The notes beneath the pieces were generated by a model. That model was not told the DNA's origin, did not search any database, and worked only from the letters and a program-made list of their open reading frames with translations. The translations under genes and the position numbers were made by a program. DNA of 63,896 bases, counting the filler, from Lama guanicoe (lineage: Eukaryota): the NCBI GenBank assembly GCA_013239625.1. It is 174 parts of 174 records of this genome, joined end to end, with 100 filler letters (N's around TTAATTAATTAA, not from the genome) between each part and the next. Parts side by side here need not be neighbours in the genome. Positions count along the whole stretch, not along the records: positions 22,783 to 23,050 come from PNXV01051088.1; positions 23,151 to 23,418 come from PNXV01051089.1; positions 23,519 to 23,786 come from PNXV01051090.1; positions 23,887 to 24,154 come from PNXV01051091.1; positions 24,255 to 24,522 come from PNXV01051092.1; positions 24,623 to 24,890 come from PNXV01051093.1; positions 24,991 to 25,258 come from PNXV01051094.1; positions 25,359 to 25,626 come from PNXV01051095.1; 166 more parts are not named here. The stretch is one strand, 5' to 3'. Of the stretch, positions 22,683-35,192 are shown piece by piece; positions within the stretch are counted from its first letter, which is position 1; the number at the start of each line of letters is the position of its first letter.

Positions 22683-25600
22683 NNNNNNNNNNNNNNNNNN
22701 NNNNNNNNNNNNNNNNNNNNNNNNNNTTAATTAATTAANNNNNNNNNNNNNNNNNNNNNNNNNNNNNNNNNNNNNNNNNNNNTACCTCCCTTCATTAAAA
22801 AATTTTTTGTAAAAAAAGCAAACTTTGATGACGAAACACCCTGGTTTATTCACATGACTTCTCTGTGGATTCTGAGAGATGGATTTGTCTTGTGGATTTC
22901 TAGCTATAAAATCGAGGGGTGCGTTGCCCCAACAAATGTTCATTATGATTTCTGTCATATGATTTCCGTCGACCTTCCAAACACTTTAGACCTCTGGAGA
23001 GTTCATTTGCTTCATTCATCATTTGTTTCCCTGGTTTAGCTAGACTTTTTNNNNNNNNNNNNNNNNNNNNNNNNNNNNNNNNNNNNNNNNNNNNTTAATT
23101 AATTAANNNNNNNNNNNNNNNNNNNNNNNNNNNNNNNNNNNNNNNNNNNNCATACTTCTTCACATTCTCTCTAATATCTGCTATTTTTACTCTTTTTTTT
23201 CATATTGACAAATGTAATAGGTGTAGAGTAAAATTTTAAAATTTGTATTTCCCTTATTATTATTGAGGTGGAACTTTTTTTTATATCATCATTGGTCCTT
23301 TGGGTTTCCTCATTTTAAATTGCCTGTTCATATCCTTTACCACTTTCCCCCTACATTGGTCATTTTTTTCTTTTGAATCATAAGCACTCTTTATATATTC
23401 TGGATGTTTATTTTTGTGNNNNNNNNNNNNNNNNNNNNNNNNNNNNNNNNNNNNNNNNNNNNTTAATTAATTAANNNNNNNNNNNNNNNNNNNNNNNNNN
23501 NNNNNNNNNNNNNNNNNNTACTCATTGAGTATATGAATGAATTGGAGGTCAGCAATTTTCCCCTTCAGTGAGCTATCTCATGCATCTGGACTGGGGATTA
23601 ATACCAAGAGAACACCTTTGAGACATCCAGAAGATTGGCAATTCTTCACTGTCCATTCTATTTCTTTCACTGTGTTCTTGCAAATGAGTAATATCTGACC
23701 TTTCATCATGACTCTGCAAACACAAACTTAACAATGAAGAGTAAGAAAAAACACCCCAGCTTGTCATCTTTGATCGACAAACTGAANNNNNNNNNNNNNN
23801 NNNNNNNNNNNNNNNNNNNNNNNNNNNNNNTTAATTAATTAANNNNNNNNNNNNNNNNNNNNNNNNNNNNNNNNNNNNNNNNNNNNCAACGGCTTCAAAG
23901 GCGTTTGCCAGCGAGTCACTTCCAGGGCGACTTTTCGCCTTGGCAAGCCGGCAGTGGAGAGCGAAAAGCTCGGCTCACTCCCAGGCGTTGGGCCAGTCCA
24001 CCTGGACCCCAGCGCTGCAGGTGGTGAGCGGCCTGCTACAGTTCTTCTCTCCCACGACATTCAGATGGGTCAGCCCCAGAGGAGACACGGAAGTGACACC
24101 CTCCATGTTAAGGAACCAAAGCCCGCTTAAGAGGACAGCGAGCCCAGTTTCCAGNNNNNNNNNNNNNNNNNNNNNNNNNNNNNNNNNNNNNNNNNNNNTT
24201 AATTAATTAANNNNNNNNNNNNNNNNNNNNNNNNNNNNNNNNNNNNNNNNNNNNTTTATTTTCTATTTTTAAAATATATTTTGAGTTTTTAAAAATCCAT
24301 TATTTAATTGTATACATTACAAATATATATTGTAGTACTACTTAAAGGTATATTATGACATAAACACCACTAACGTCAGCATTAGTTGATAACACATAAC
24401 ATACACTCTATTACATGACAGATGCATAAAATAGGTTTTCTCTTGTCTTCGGTTTTTAAGAAGGGGAACCACGACGAGTTCATCCTGGTTTTCTCCCTCG
24501 TCCAGCGCGTGGTCGGGAGTCGNNNNNNNNNNNNNNNNNNNNNNNNNNNNNNNNNNNNNNNNNNNNTTAATTAATTAANNNNNNNNNNNNNNNNNNNNNN
24601 NNNNNNNNNNNNNNNNNNNNNNGAGGGCTGGAGGAGGGCTAGAGGGGACCCTGGAAAAACAGCAGGAGTGAGCTCAGATACTGCTGCTTAGGTCGCCAAA
24701 GACAGCATTGTTATCTCTAAGGATATGACATTCTCCAAAAAGTTCCATGAGTGAAGGAGCCTGTGAACACTAAGCAGGGTGTTAGCACAAAGCAACACAT
24801 AATTTGCGTCACAACTCAATTACAGTATGTTTTGATATTTAGAAAATAATTAGCCCATTGTTCTTTGAAACTGCAGCAGTAGCAATAGAANNNNNNNNNN
24901 NNNNNNNNNNNNNNNNNNNNNNNNNNNNNNNNNNTTAATTAATTAANNNNNNNNNNNNNNNNNNNNNNNNNNNNNNNNNNNNNNNNNNNNGGGACAGCTA
25001 GGGTGAGGGAGGTTGACAGAGAGTGTGGGCCGGGCAGAGCTCAGGGCCACCACCAGCTGCATCCCAAGCACCAGGCTGGGCTGGGTGGAGATAGGACAAG
25101 CCGGACCTGCAGCCTGGGCTGAGCTTCGCCGACCCAGCAACCAGGAACAGAGCTGTGGGGCCCTCGGCTGGGACAGGCCAGGACTGAAGGACAGGCCTAC
25201 GTGACTTGGGGTACATCTGTATGTGTGTGTGTGTAGGCACGGGAGTGAGGGTGTGCACNNNNNNNNNNNNNNNNNNNNNNNNNNNNNNNNNNNNNNNNNN
25301 NNTTAATTAATTAANNNNNNNNNNNNNNNNNNNNNNNNNNNNNNNNNNNNNNNNNNNNCCATGACAGGCAGAAAGAGCACCAAGAAGTTGTACAGGAGGC
25401 AGACTTGTACGTGAGCCTGGGGTGGGGCCTCTGACCAAAAACATCTACACCACCCTACGTGAGAATCTTGTCTACTCACTGCCCCCAAACCTGCCAGCGG
25501 TAGAGGCATTTGGCTTAACTTTCTTGAAGATTGCAGTGACTCTGAGAAACCTAAGTGGTTGTGTTCTCTCTCCCTCCAAATTAATTCAAAACGGGTTTTC

Positions 25601-26094
25601 CCCGCAATCCCTGAGTGAGGTCAGAGNNNNNNNNNNNNNNNNNNNNNNNNNNNNNNNNNNNNNNNNNNNNTTAATTAATTAANNNNNNNNNNNNNNNNNN
25701 NNNNNNNNNNNNNNNNNNNNNNNNNNTTAACCCAAGGATGCAAAGAAAAGAAAACCAATGATTTCTGTGATCACATCTTCAGAGCATTTTGTGGCTTTCC
25801 GAAGAAAATGTGAAATACACAAATGTGGACTAAGAGAAACATAAGAATTTTTCATACCATTTCTGTATACTTTTCCATGAGAAAACTTTAACTTCTCACC
25901 TCCTTAAGAAATAAAGTAGTAACCTAGAAGTTGTAAAAAAAAAAGGGGGGGGGGCTTCTGAACCTAGAGGTCGTATGAGGAAGTAATGAAGTACNNNNNN
26001 NNNNNNNNNNNNNNNNNNNNNNNNNNNNNNNNNNNNNNTTAATTAATTAANNNNNNNNNNNNNNNNNNNNNNNNNNNNNNNNNNNNNNNNNNNN

Positions 26095-26360
26095 CCAGAG
26101 TAATTGTTTCTCCTGCAACCAGTTCCCTTTGAGCTAGATGAACTATCGTCTCTCCACATGCTAAATATTCATAGTAAATGCTGTGTGAAAGCCTTCCTTC
26201 AACGAGCTTGTTGGGAACACAAAGTTTCTCTTCAGTTGCAACCTCCAATAAATTCAAATATATGGGGAGGTACAAGCTCCAACTCAGTTTTACAGTGAAA
26301 ACTGCTGCAAATTCAAACCGCCTTAGGAAACAGACTGAGAATCCAGAGTTAGTGTTTCAC
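26095..26360 (+). repeat. ~250-bp satellite monomer, copy 2
   Basis: ccagagtaattgtttc at 26095 recurs as ccagagttagtgtttc at 26343 (period 248); aligns with 11379-11645, 43017-43284 and 51848-52115. Confidence 0.9.
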
Positions 26361-28795
26361 NNNNNNNNNNNNNNNNNNNNNNNNNNNNNNNNNNNNNNNN
26401 NNNNTTAATTAATTAANNNNNNNNNNNNNNNNNNNNNNNNNNNNNNNNNNNNNNNNNNNNAACTCAGGAGTCGACAGCATCCAGGCAGGTGTTAAAGCCA
26501 AGGATATGGTGAGACTCCCCCAGGAGAGTCCTCTACGGGTGCTGGAAGACGTTTCCTCAACAAAACCCAGAGAGGTGGGGAGGACACATCGCCCGTGAGA
26601 GCCGAGACCCCAGAAAGGAGTCTGTGCTGCCTGAACACCTTTAAAATCCCTTCCTGAGAGCCACCTTGGAAAGAGCATTATTCACACAAGGAAGCAGTGG
26701 GGACCGGGAGGGGAGGGAAAAGCTGTCTNNNNNNNNNNNNNNNNNNNNNNNNNNNNNNNNNNNNNNNNNNNNTTAATTAATTAANNNNNNNNNNNNNNNN
26801 NNNNNNNNNNNNNNNNNNNNNNNNNNNNCTGGGATTGGAAGTGAGTGGGGCCAGACAGCCCCCTGACGTGGTTCGTGTGAGGGTAATTCCTGAGAGCGGT
26901 GCTGGTCTCTGCCACTGTGAGGCCTGGACTAGACGTGGCAAGACGGTGGGCCTGTCACGGGCAGAAAGGAGCAACCAACCAGGCAAGATAACTGTTTCCT
27001 ACCTTCCCTTTGTTACTCAGAGAAGTGAATGGAGACTATTTCTCTTACAGATACACTCAGTCAGCATAACGCCTGCTGAAGCGGACTGGAGGACCCNNNN
27101 NNNNNNNNNNNNNNNNNNNNNNNNNNNNNNNNNNNNNNNNTTAATTAATTAANNNNNNNNNNNNNNNNNNNNNNNNNNNNNNNNNNNNNNNNNNNNTATT
27201 GTGGGAAAAATGAAAAGAATTTAGGAACAAATTACCAATATGTGAGTATGGTTGCACTTGGTTATTATGCAGTCTACAGAAAATATGATGGGCGTATTCA
27301 GAAAATAATAAGGCAAATGTGAAAAAAAATTCGGTAAGAAGTATATAATAGTATGGTTTACAATTCTGACACTTATCTCAAAGGTTGAATTACTTCTCAA
27401 GAAAAGTTAAAAAAAAAAAGTCAAAGAAATATTGGCCAAAAAAATACTCAGTGTATTAGGGACANNNNNNNNNNNNNNNNNNNNNNNNNNNNNNNNNNNN
27501 NNNNNNNNTTAATTAATTAANNNNNNNNNNNNNNNNNNNNNNNNNNNNNNNNNNNNNNNNNNNNTTTTTTTTAACATTGGACAGATAAAAATAAAAGCCA
27601 AAAAACTCTCTAACTTAGAGACTTTGAGCAAGGTGCTGAAATCCACTGAAGCCCTCAGTTTTGCCATCTCTAAAATGGGCCCAAGACTCCCCCAACCCCC
27701 ACCCCCATCCACTGAGATTTTGTAAGACTTCACTGAAATCAGCCTCAGATGTGTCTCACAAGCCGGCTCACACAGGACACTCTAAACATGATGTGAAATC
27801 TGTTTCCTGTGATTACTCTTTCATCATTTTTCNNNNNNNNNNNNNNNNNNNNNNNNNNNNNNNNNNNNNNNNNNNNTTAATTAATTAANNNNNNNNNNNN
27901 NNNNNNNNNNNNNNNNNNNNNNNNNNNNNNNNCACCTGTCTGCTGGGATGGTTTTCTCCATCTTTTGGGACCTGAGTGATGTCAAGTATAGCTTTGTTAA
28001 GTGCATGTGATCATTGCTTGGCAGTGACAGTCCCAGGCGATGCTGAGAACTTTTCCAGGCTGCAAGTGGCTCAAAGTCATCATGAGTAGCCCTGTAGGCA
28101 ACGGTACGCCTGGTCAGAACAGTAGTCATGTCTTCTATGATTTCTCGTGATGTATGGAGTGAACTCCTGCAGAGACAGTCTGAACTCGGCAGGTCTGCTT
28201 NNNNNNNNNNNNNNNNNNNNNNNNNNNNNNNNNNNNNNNNNNNNTTAATTAATTAANNNNNNNNNNNNNNNNNNNNNNNNNNNNNNNNNNNNNNNNNNNN
28301 TCTTCTAGCAAATCTCCAAAGACAGGGAAATATTTTAGGAGCATTTAAAAAAGGGGAAAAAGAAGGGGAAATAAAAATGTTCTTCAAAGACTACAACACA
28401 AACCTATTAGTCACGAGGTACTGGCCCGGCTCCCCCTCCAGCCTCATGTTCCATCACCCTATACCATAGCCTTGTTGCTCCCAGGCACCAACCTGCTTGA
28501 AGGGCTCTCACCTATAATACTGTGGCTAAATGCCCATGCTTTAACTTACTCACTGCACAGAGCAACTCNNNNNNNNNNNNNNNNNNNNNNNNNNNNNNNN
28601 NNNNNNNNNNNNTTAATTAATTAANNNNNNNNNNNNNNNNNNNNNNNNNNNNNNNNNNNNNNNNNNNNAAAAAAAAAAACAACAACAATCTTTTGGTAGA
28701 TAGCCAGGGTGGGCAATGTTATACAGTTTCTATGCACTTTGTTTTTTTGCTAAACTCATGAAAATTCCTTCAAATGAGCTGGTCAAAAATCTCAC

Positions 28796-28936
28796 TTTTT
28801 TTAATTTTATCTTTCTTGAGATATAATTGACATATAACATAGCGCATGTTTAAGGTGTACCATGTGATGATTTTTGACACATGTACGTATTGTGAAGTGG
28901 TCAATCACACAGTAAGCTTGGTCGCCTCCATCACCT
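28796..28936 (-). mobile_element. L1 3' terminus (L1MA/MB-like)
   Basis: T-rich tail then ttgagatataattgacatataaca...tttaaggtgtac..tgtgatgattt. Confidence 0.75.
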
Positions 28937-29065
28937 NNNNNNNNNNNNNNNNNNNNNNNNNNNNNNNNNNNNNNNNNNNNTTAATTAATTAANNNNNNNN
29001 NNNNNNNNNNNNNNNNNNNNNNNNNNNNNNNNNNNNCACTGGGAGGTGGTTAGTTGGTTTTCTTT

Positions 29066-29096
29066 TACACACACACACACACACACACTCACACAC
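29066..29096. repeat. (CA)n microsatellite
   Basis: Direct observation. Confidence 0.95.
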
Positions 29097-30508
29097 GGCT
29101 TTTCTATGACCCTAGAATATTTACTTTTTAGAATACTAATTTGGGCTTCCAGGCACAGCTAATGAAGCTTAATGGTGCCCAAGTCGTTTTCCATATGATT
29201 TAGAACCTAAATTTCCATATGATTCAAAACTTGGAAAGACATTTCTTCGCATCAGTTTTTTCTGAGGATGAGCTGGTCAGCCACCAAGCCCATGCCAGGC
29301 TGTTNNNNNNNNNNNNNNNNNNNNNNNNNNNNNNNNNNNNNNNNNNNNTTAATTAATTAANNNNNNNNNNNNNNNNNNNNNNNNNNNNNNNNNNNNNNNN
29401 NNNNGAAGTTTATTAAATGCCTTTTTATATTTATCCTACTTAATCCATTATTTTATCATTGCTTTTCTGCTAATGGGATAATTTAGTTATTTTTGAATCT
29501 TGACTAGTATTGCATTTTCCAGTATAGCCTATTATTCTGTTATGTTTACATAATGGCTTAATTCATATAATAATACTTCATTTGAGTATGTACAGCATAG
29601 GTCTTTAGTTATATATGTTATACATATATATTCCTTTTCATATTTTTCACTGTGGTTTATTACAGGATATTGNNNNNNNNNNNNNNNNNNNNNNNNNNNN
29701 NNNNNNNNNNNNNNNNTTAATTAATTAANNNNNNNNNNNNNNNNNNNNNNNNNNNNNNNNNNNNNNNNNNNNCTTGACAAAATCAGCTCTAATTCACTGT
29801 GTGTATGGTGTGTGTGTGCCCGTCTGTGTGCGTGTACCTGCATTCAGATAATTGAACTTTATATGTATATATTTTGTAACAACTTTGGTTTCCTGGATTT
29901 CCATTTCCATATTATTGACATTAATCTTCCATTTTTTTTTAAACATCCTCAAGGACGACATGATAAGTATTCTAAAAACTCTGATGACAGTATTCTAAAA
30001 AATGGTAAGTATTCTAAAAACTGTAGAATCCCTTTTTCACNNNNNNNNNNNNNNNNNNNNNNNNNNNNNNNNNNNNNNNNNNNNTTAATTAATTAANNNN
30101 NNNNNNNNNNNNNNNNNNNNNNNNNNNNNNNNNNNNNNNNTATTTTATTCCTTCTTTCTGGGTTCAACTTCCTTTTTCCTGAAGGTCATCCTTCAGAAGT
30201 ATTTACAGAAAAGATTCTGAAAGTAGAAAACTTTTTTCCACCTGAAAATGGGGTTATTTAGCCTTCACTCTTGAACAGTACTTTAGCTGATTGACTAGGC
30301 AGACAGTTGGTTTTCTCTCAACAACTTGCAGACATGCCGTTGACCCCGGAGTACTACTGTTGGGAGTTCTGATAATCGTTGATCCTTTGTCAGTAATCTG
30401 TTTTTTTTNNNNNNNNNNNNNNNNNNNNNNNNNNNNNNNNNNNNNNNNNNNNTTAATTAATTAANNNNNNNNNNNNNNNNNNNNNNNNNNNNNNNNNNNN
30501 NNNNNNNN

Positions 30509-30556
30509 TGCTTGGCGTGCACAAGGTCCTGTGTTCAATCCCCAGTGCCTCTGTTA
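30509..30556 (+). mobile_element. Camelid tRNA-derived SINE (Vic-1 type), partial
   Basis: tgcttggcgtgcacaaggtcctgtgttcaatccccagtgcctc with B-box-like GTTCAATCC. Confidence 0.75.
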
Positions 30557-31640
30557 ACAGGAATACATAGATGGTGGATAGTAAATACGTAAGTAGACTG
30601 ATACATAGTAAACACACAGATGGATGACACAGATGTGGACAGATGAGAGATGACTGCTAGATGGACAGAATATTTTTTACAAGGACGTACAAACAGGATA
30701 TAATGGTATAGAGATAATCAATCCCCTAGGCACAGAATCACAAACCTTAGTCAGTACGTAGCCAACTGGCCGGGGANNNNNNNNNNNNNNNNNNNNNNNN
30801 NNNNNNNNNNNNNNNNNNNNTTAATTAATTAANNNNNNNNNNNNNNNNNNNNNNNNNNNNNNNNNNNNNNNNNNNNTTGCAAGGACATTACATCTTACTT
30901 AGGATCTGGGGCGGGGAGTTGGGGAGGGACTAGTCATATTAAAAACAGAGGCGAAATCTCAAATGATGGGGAAGAATGCAATGGTATATGCTAGACCATG
31001 GACCCCTGACAGCAAAGACTATTCCAAAACACAGGACCCAGAAGGTAATAAGTATTCAAAAAATGCTTAATGGAATGAAAATAGTGTGTGGTGAAGGCTG
31101 AGTGTTGGTTCAGCCAGGCTCCTTATTCAAATCTTGGCTATCCANNNNNNNNNNNNNNNNNNNNNNNNNNNNNNNNNNNNNNNNNNNNTTAATTAATTAA
31201 NNNNNNNNNNNNNNNNNNNNNNNNNNNNNNNNNNNNNNNNNNNNGTGAGATGGAATGTTAACTTATAGTGGTCATCATTTTACAATATATATCAAACTCT
31301 TGTATACCTAAAACTAGTATGTTATATGTCAATTATGTTTCAAAAAATAAAAATAAAAATACATGTTATTTCCTTTCTTCTGCCTACTTTGGATTTAACG
31401 TGCTCTTCCTTTGGTTTCTTAAGGTAGACACTGTCGACTGAAATAAATGTGCAGCCTAAAAGGTAAGAATTATGAAAGAATGCTGAAACCAAGTCATCAG
31501 CAGCTGCCGCCANNNNNNNNNNNNNNNNNNNNNNNNNNNNNNNNNNNNNNNNNNNNTTAATTAATTAANNNNNNNNNNNNNNNNNNNNNNNNNNNNNNNN
31601 NNNNNNNNNNNNGCCTTATCAGATACATGACTTGCAAATA

Positions 31641-31880
31641 CATGCGTACCTTGAAGAAATTGTAGGTGTGGTTAAAGGACACAGCAATAAAGCAAATATC
31701 AGAATGAAGAGTCACACAATTGTTGGTTACACAGTGCATATGAGAGTTATGTTTACACTATAACCCATTAAGTATGCAATGGCACTGTCTTAAAGAACAA
31801 TGTATGTAGCCTAATTTTAAAATACTTTTTGCTAAAAAATGCCAACCATAATCTGATAAGGTTGCCACTAAGCTTCAATT
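31641..31880 (-). mobile_element. Tigger1 internal-deletion derivative inserted at a TA in an L1 fragment
   Basis: TA then catgcgtacctt..aattgtagg (cf. TIR caggcatacctcggagatattgcggg), gcaataaagcaaatatc..gagtcacacaa; then jumps to the opposite-end sequence ggttgccactaagcttcaatt. Confidence 0.75.
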
Positions 31881-32744
31881 NNNNNNNNNNNNNNNNNNNN
31901 NNNNNNNNNNNNNNNNNNNNNNNNTTAATTAATTAANNNNNNNNNNNNNNNNNNNNNNNNNNNNNNNNNNNNNNNNNNNNGTTCCATTGATCATCATTGT
32001 CATGCATGTATATCTTGCCTCTTAAGCCAGATATAGCATTTCCTTGAGAGCAGTGAGCGATGGTGGGCCATTTCCTCCACATCCTTATGCCCTTGCCCCT
32101 CCCCTACAATTAACAATACAATGCTTTGCCTGTCACTGGCCACCACTCTATATTTGGTGCATTAGTGGGAGATAATATTTAGTTAGGATCTTATATTAGC
32201 TCACTAAAGAACTGGCAACCATAGATTAAGGGAATCCTGTAACAAGTGNNNNNNNNNNNNNNNNNNNNNNNNNNNNNNNNNNNNNNNNNNNNTTAATTAA
32301 TTAANNNNNNNNNNNNNNNNNNNNNNNNNNNNNNNNNNNNNNNNNNNNGGGTGGAGGACCGCTGGGTTAGCGCAGCCTCCCTCTCCGTGCTTGGGGTGGT
32401 TGTGTTGTGTGACGTGGGACCTGCCGCCTTGGAGCTGTGTGCGGAAATTTCCGGAACACGAGTTGAGAGGGTCAGCCAGGGCGCTCACAGGTTGGCCACA
32501 TTCATGACAGTAGCTCAGTCTTACACTTTCATTTCTGACTTTAAGTCACTCATTCCTCCTGCCTGTTCGGTTTGAGCTTTAGTTGTGGAAACACTTGACG
32601 GCGCCTGTGGTAGGTANNNNNNNNNNNNNNNNNNNNNNNNNNNNNNNNNNNNNNNNNNNNTTAATTAATTAANNNNNNNNNNNNNNNNNNNNNNNNNNNN
32701 NNNNNNNNNNNNNNNNACTTTCTTAGCATATTGTGAAATGCAAG

Positions 32745-32930
32745 TATTGAAGCCAGATTGCCTGGATTGGAATTCTGGGCAGACATAGGGGCTTCGACAA
32801 CTGACTTAGCCTTTCTGTGCCTCAGTTTCTTCCTGGGTAAAGTACCTAATGTATTATTGCCTCCCAGGATTTTTGTGAGGCTTAAAATGTCTTTAAGACA
32901 TGTAAAGTGCTGGTAGTAATGCATAGCAGT
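32745..32930 (+). mobile_element. MIR SINE
   Basis: gaagccagattgcctgg.ttggaattctgg...tgacttagcctttctgtgcctcagtttct...aggatttttgtgaggcttaaa. Confidence 0.8.
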
Positions 32931-33084
32931 TGCATACTAAGTCCTCAAAAAAGCTAGTATCATGGTTATTAGAAAAGGGTTTCTNNNNNNNNNNNNNNNN
33001 NNNNNNNNNNNNNNNNNNNNNNNNNNNNTTAATTAATTAANNNNNNNNNNNNNNNNNNNNNNNNNNNNNNNNNNNNNNNNNNNN

Positions 33085-33183
33085 TCATGTATGACTGAAA
33101 AATTGTGCTGTACACCAGAAATTAACACAACATGGTAAACTGATTATAACTCAATTAAAAAATAAATAAAATTTTTAAAAAAA
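33085..33183 (+). mobile_element. L1 3' terminus with A-rich tail (camelid-type)
   Basis: tgtatgactgaaaaattgtgctgtacaccagaaattaacacaaca..gtaaactgattataactcaattaaaaaa. Confidence 0.8.
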
Positions 33184-34924
33184 GGAATACAGATTGGGTA
33201 GTGGAAGAAGGTCCTTTATGTGGCTAAAACCATGTGGTCAACTGCAGAAATTAAGAGTTCAATAGTTATAATATGCCTTTTTATTTTGTTATGCGCATGT
33301 CTGTGTGTGTATGAATAACAAATATTTTTGTTTTTTCTTTCTTATTCTTATCNNNNNNNNNNNNNNNNNNNNNNNNNNNNNNNNNNNNNNNNNNNNTTAA
33401 TTAATTAANNNNNNNNNNNNNNNNNNNNNNNNNNNNNNNNNNNNNNNNNNNNTATAGGTAACCTCCTTGGTTAGGTTTATTTCTGGGTATTTTGTTGTTT
33501 TGATGTAATAGAAATGTTTATGCCATTTATAAAATTCTGGTATTTGAAGTGGGAAAAAAAAGTCAATGAAGGACTGCAAATGGCAAAGTATCTTTCTTTT
33601 TTATGAGTGAGGTGTATTCCATTACATATATAAGCTGCATCTTCATTATCTATTCAACTACTGATATGCCCTTAGGATGCTTCCATATCTTGACAATCAT
33701 AAATAATGCTGCTGTTAATANNNNNNNNNNNNNNNNNNNNNNNNNNNNNNNNNNNNNNNNNNNNTTAATTAATTAANNNNNNNNNNNNNNNNNNNNNNNN
33801 NNNNNNNNNNNNNNNNNNNNTCAAAGACTTGCTTTCATTGAAACGTTATCTTTTGGTAATTGGATTGTAAAGGTAGATTCGTATAGCCCCCAGATACATC
33901 TTAAAAAAGCTAATAATATTTACTAAAAAATCTTGATATTTGTTAGCAATCTAAATTGGCTCAGGTCAACTCACCAAAGTAAGGGATTGGATGAAACATA
34001 CGCATATGCACTTTTTTCTAGGATAGATCTTTTTTTTTTAATTGAAGTATGTAGCACGTGCATTTAATTCACGTATATATGAATCTGANNNNNNNNNNNN
34101 NNNNNNNNNNNNNNNNNNNNNNNNNNNNNNNNTTAATTAATTAANNNNNNNNNNNNNNNNNNNNNNNNNNNNNNNNNNNNNNNNNNNNCATCCTATATAC
34201 AGGCTGTGGCAATCAGACAGATGTTAGTTTTTGAAATACTTTTTGGGGAAAAAAATAAAGCTGGGTTGATATACCTCCCACTTCAGATAGCTCATGCAAT
34301 TGGGAACCTAATTGGAATATGTCTGGTAAAATGAGTTCCAAATTAGGAGTTAAGAGACATGGCTTCTTGAACAAGAGCCACCACTGATATTGGTAGGCTA
34401 CCTGATTTGTGTGCCCTCATCTCCTGTTCTGTCAGGCTAGCCTGTGGTGAGAGGGANNNNNNNNNNNNNNNNNNNNNNNNNNNNNNNNNNNNNNNNNNNN
34501 TTAATTAATTAANNNNNNNNNNNNNNNNNNNNNNNNNNNNNNNNNNNNNNNNNNNNGCACCCTGACTGTGACTGAGAGGCACCCTGCCAGGCTGTCCTGA
34601 TAATGCCAGGGCATCCCCTTCCCCAAGATCTCCTGGAGGAAGAATGGTAGGATGGCTGCCCTGCTCTACCCTCGCTGCCCCACACAAGGAGGAAGCACCC
34701 CCTGACCTCTCTGGGTGCCGCCCCAGGCCCTAGCTGAGATAGAGGTGGGTGGGCTTACAGCCTTAGGGGGTGCAGGTGCTGGTAACAGAAATGAAGCTTC
34801 CTGAAGCCCCTCTTTGCTCAGTCCNNNNNNNNNNNNNNNNNNNNNNNNNNNNNNNNNNNNNNNNNNNNTTAATTAATTAANNNNNNNNNNNNNNNNNNNN
34901 NNNNNNNNNNNNNNNNNNNNNNNN

Positions 34925-35192
34925 CCACAAATGGTAAATGCTGGAGAGGCTGTGGAAAAAAGGAATCCACCTATGCTGTTGGTGGGAATGTTAATTGATG
35001 CAGCCACTATGGAGGACAGTGTGGAGGTTCCTTAAAAAAACTAAAAATAAACTTACCATATGATCCAGCAATTCCACACCTGGGCATATATCTGGAGAAA
35101 AATATAATTCAAAAAGACACATGCCCCAATGTTCACAGCAGCACTATTTACAACAGCCAAGATGTGGAAACGACCTAAATGTCCATGGACAG
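34925..35192 (+). mobile_element. L1 ORF2 C-terminal fragment
   Basis: aaatgctggagagg.tgtgga...gcagccactatgga...ttaccatatgatccagcaattccac.cctgggcatatat. Confidence 0.9.
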
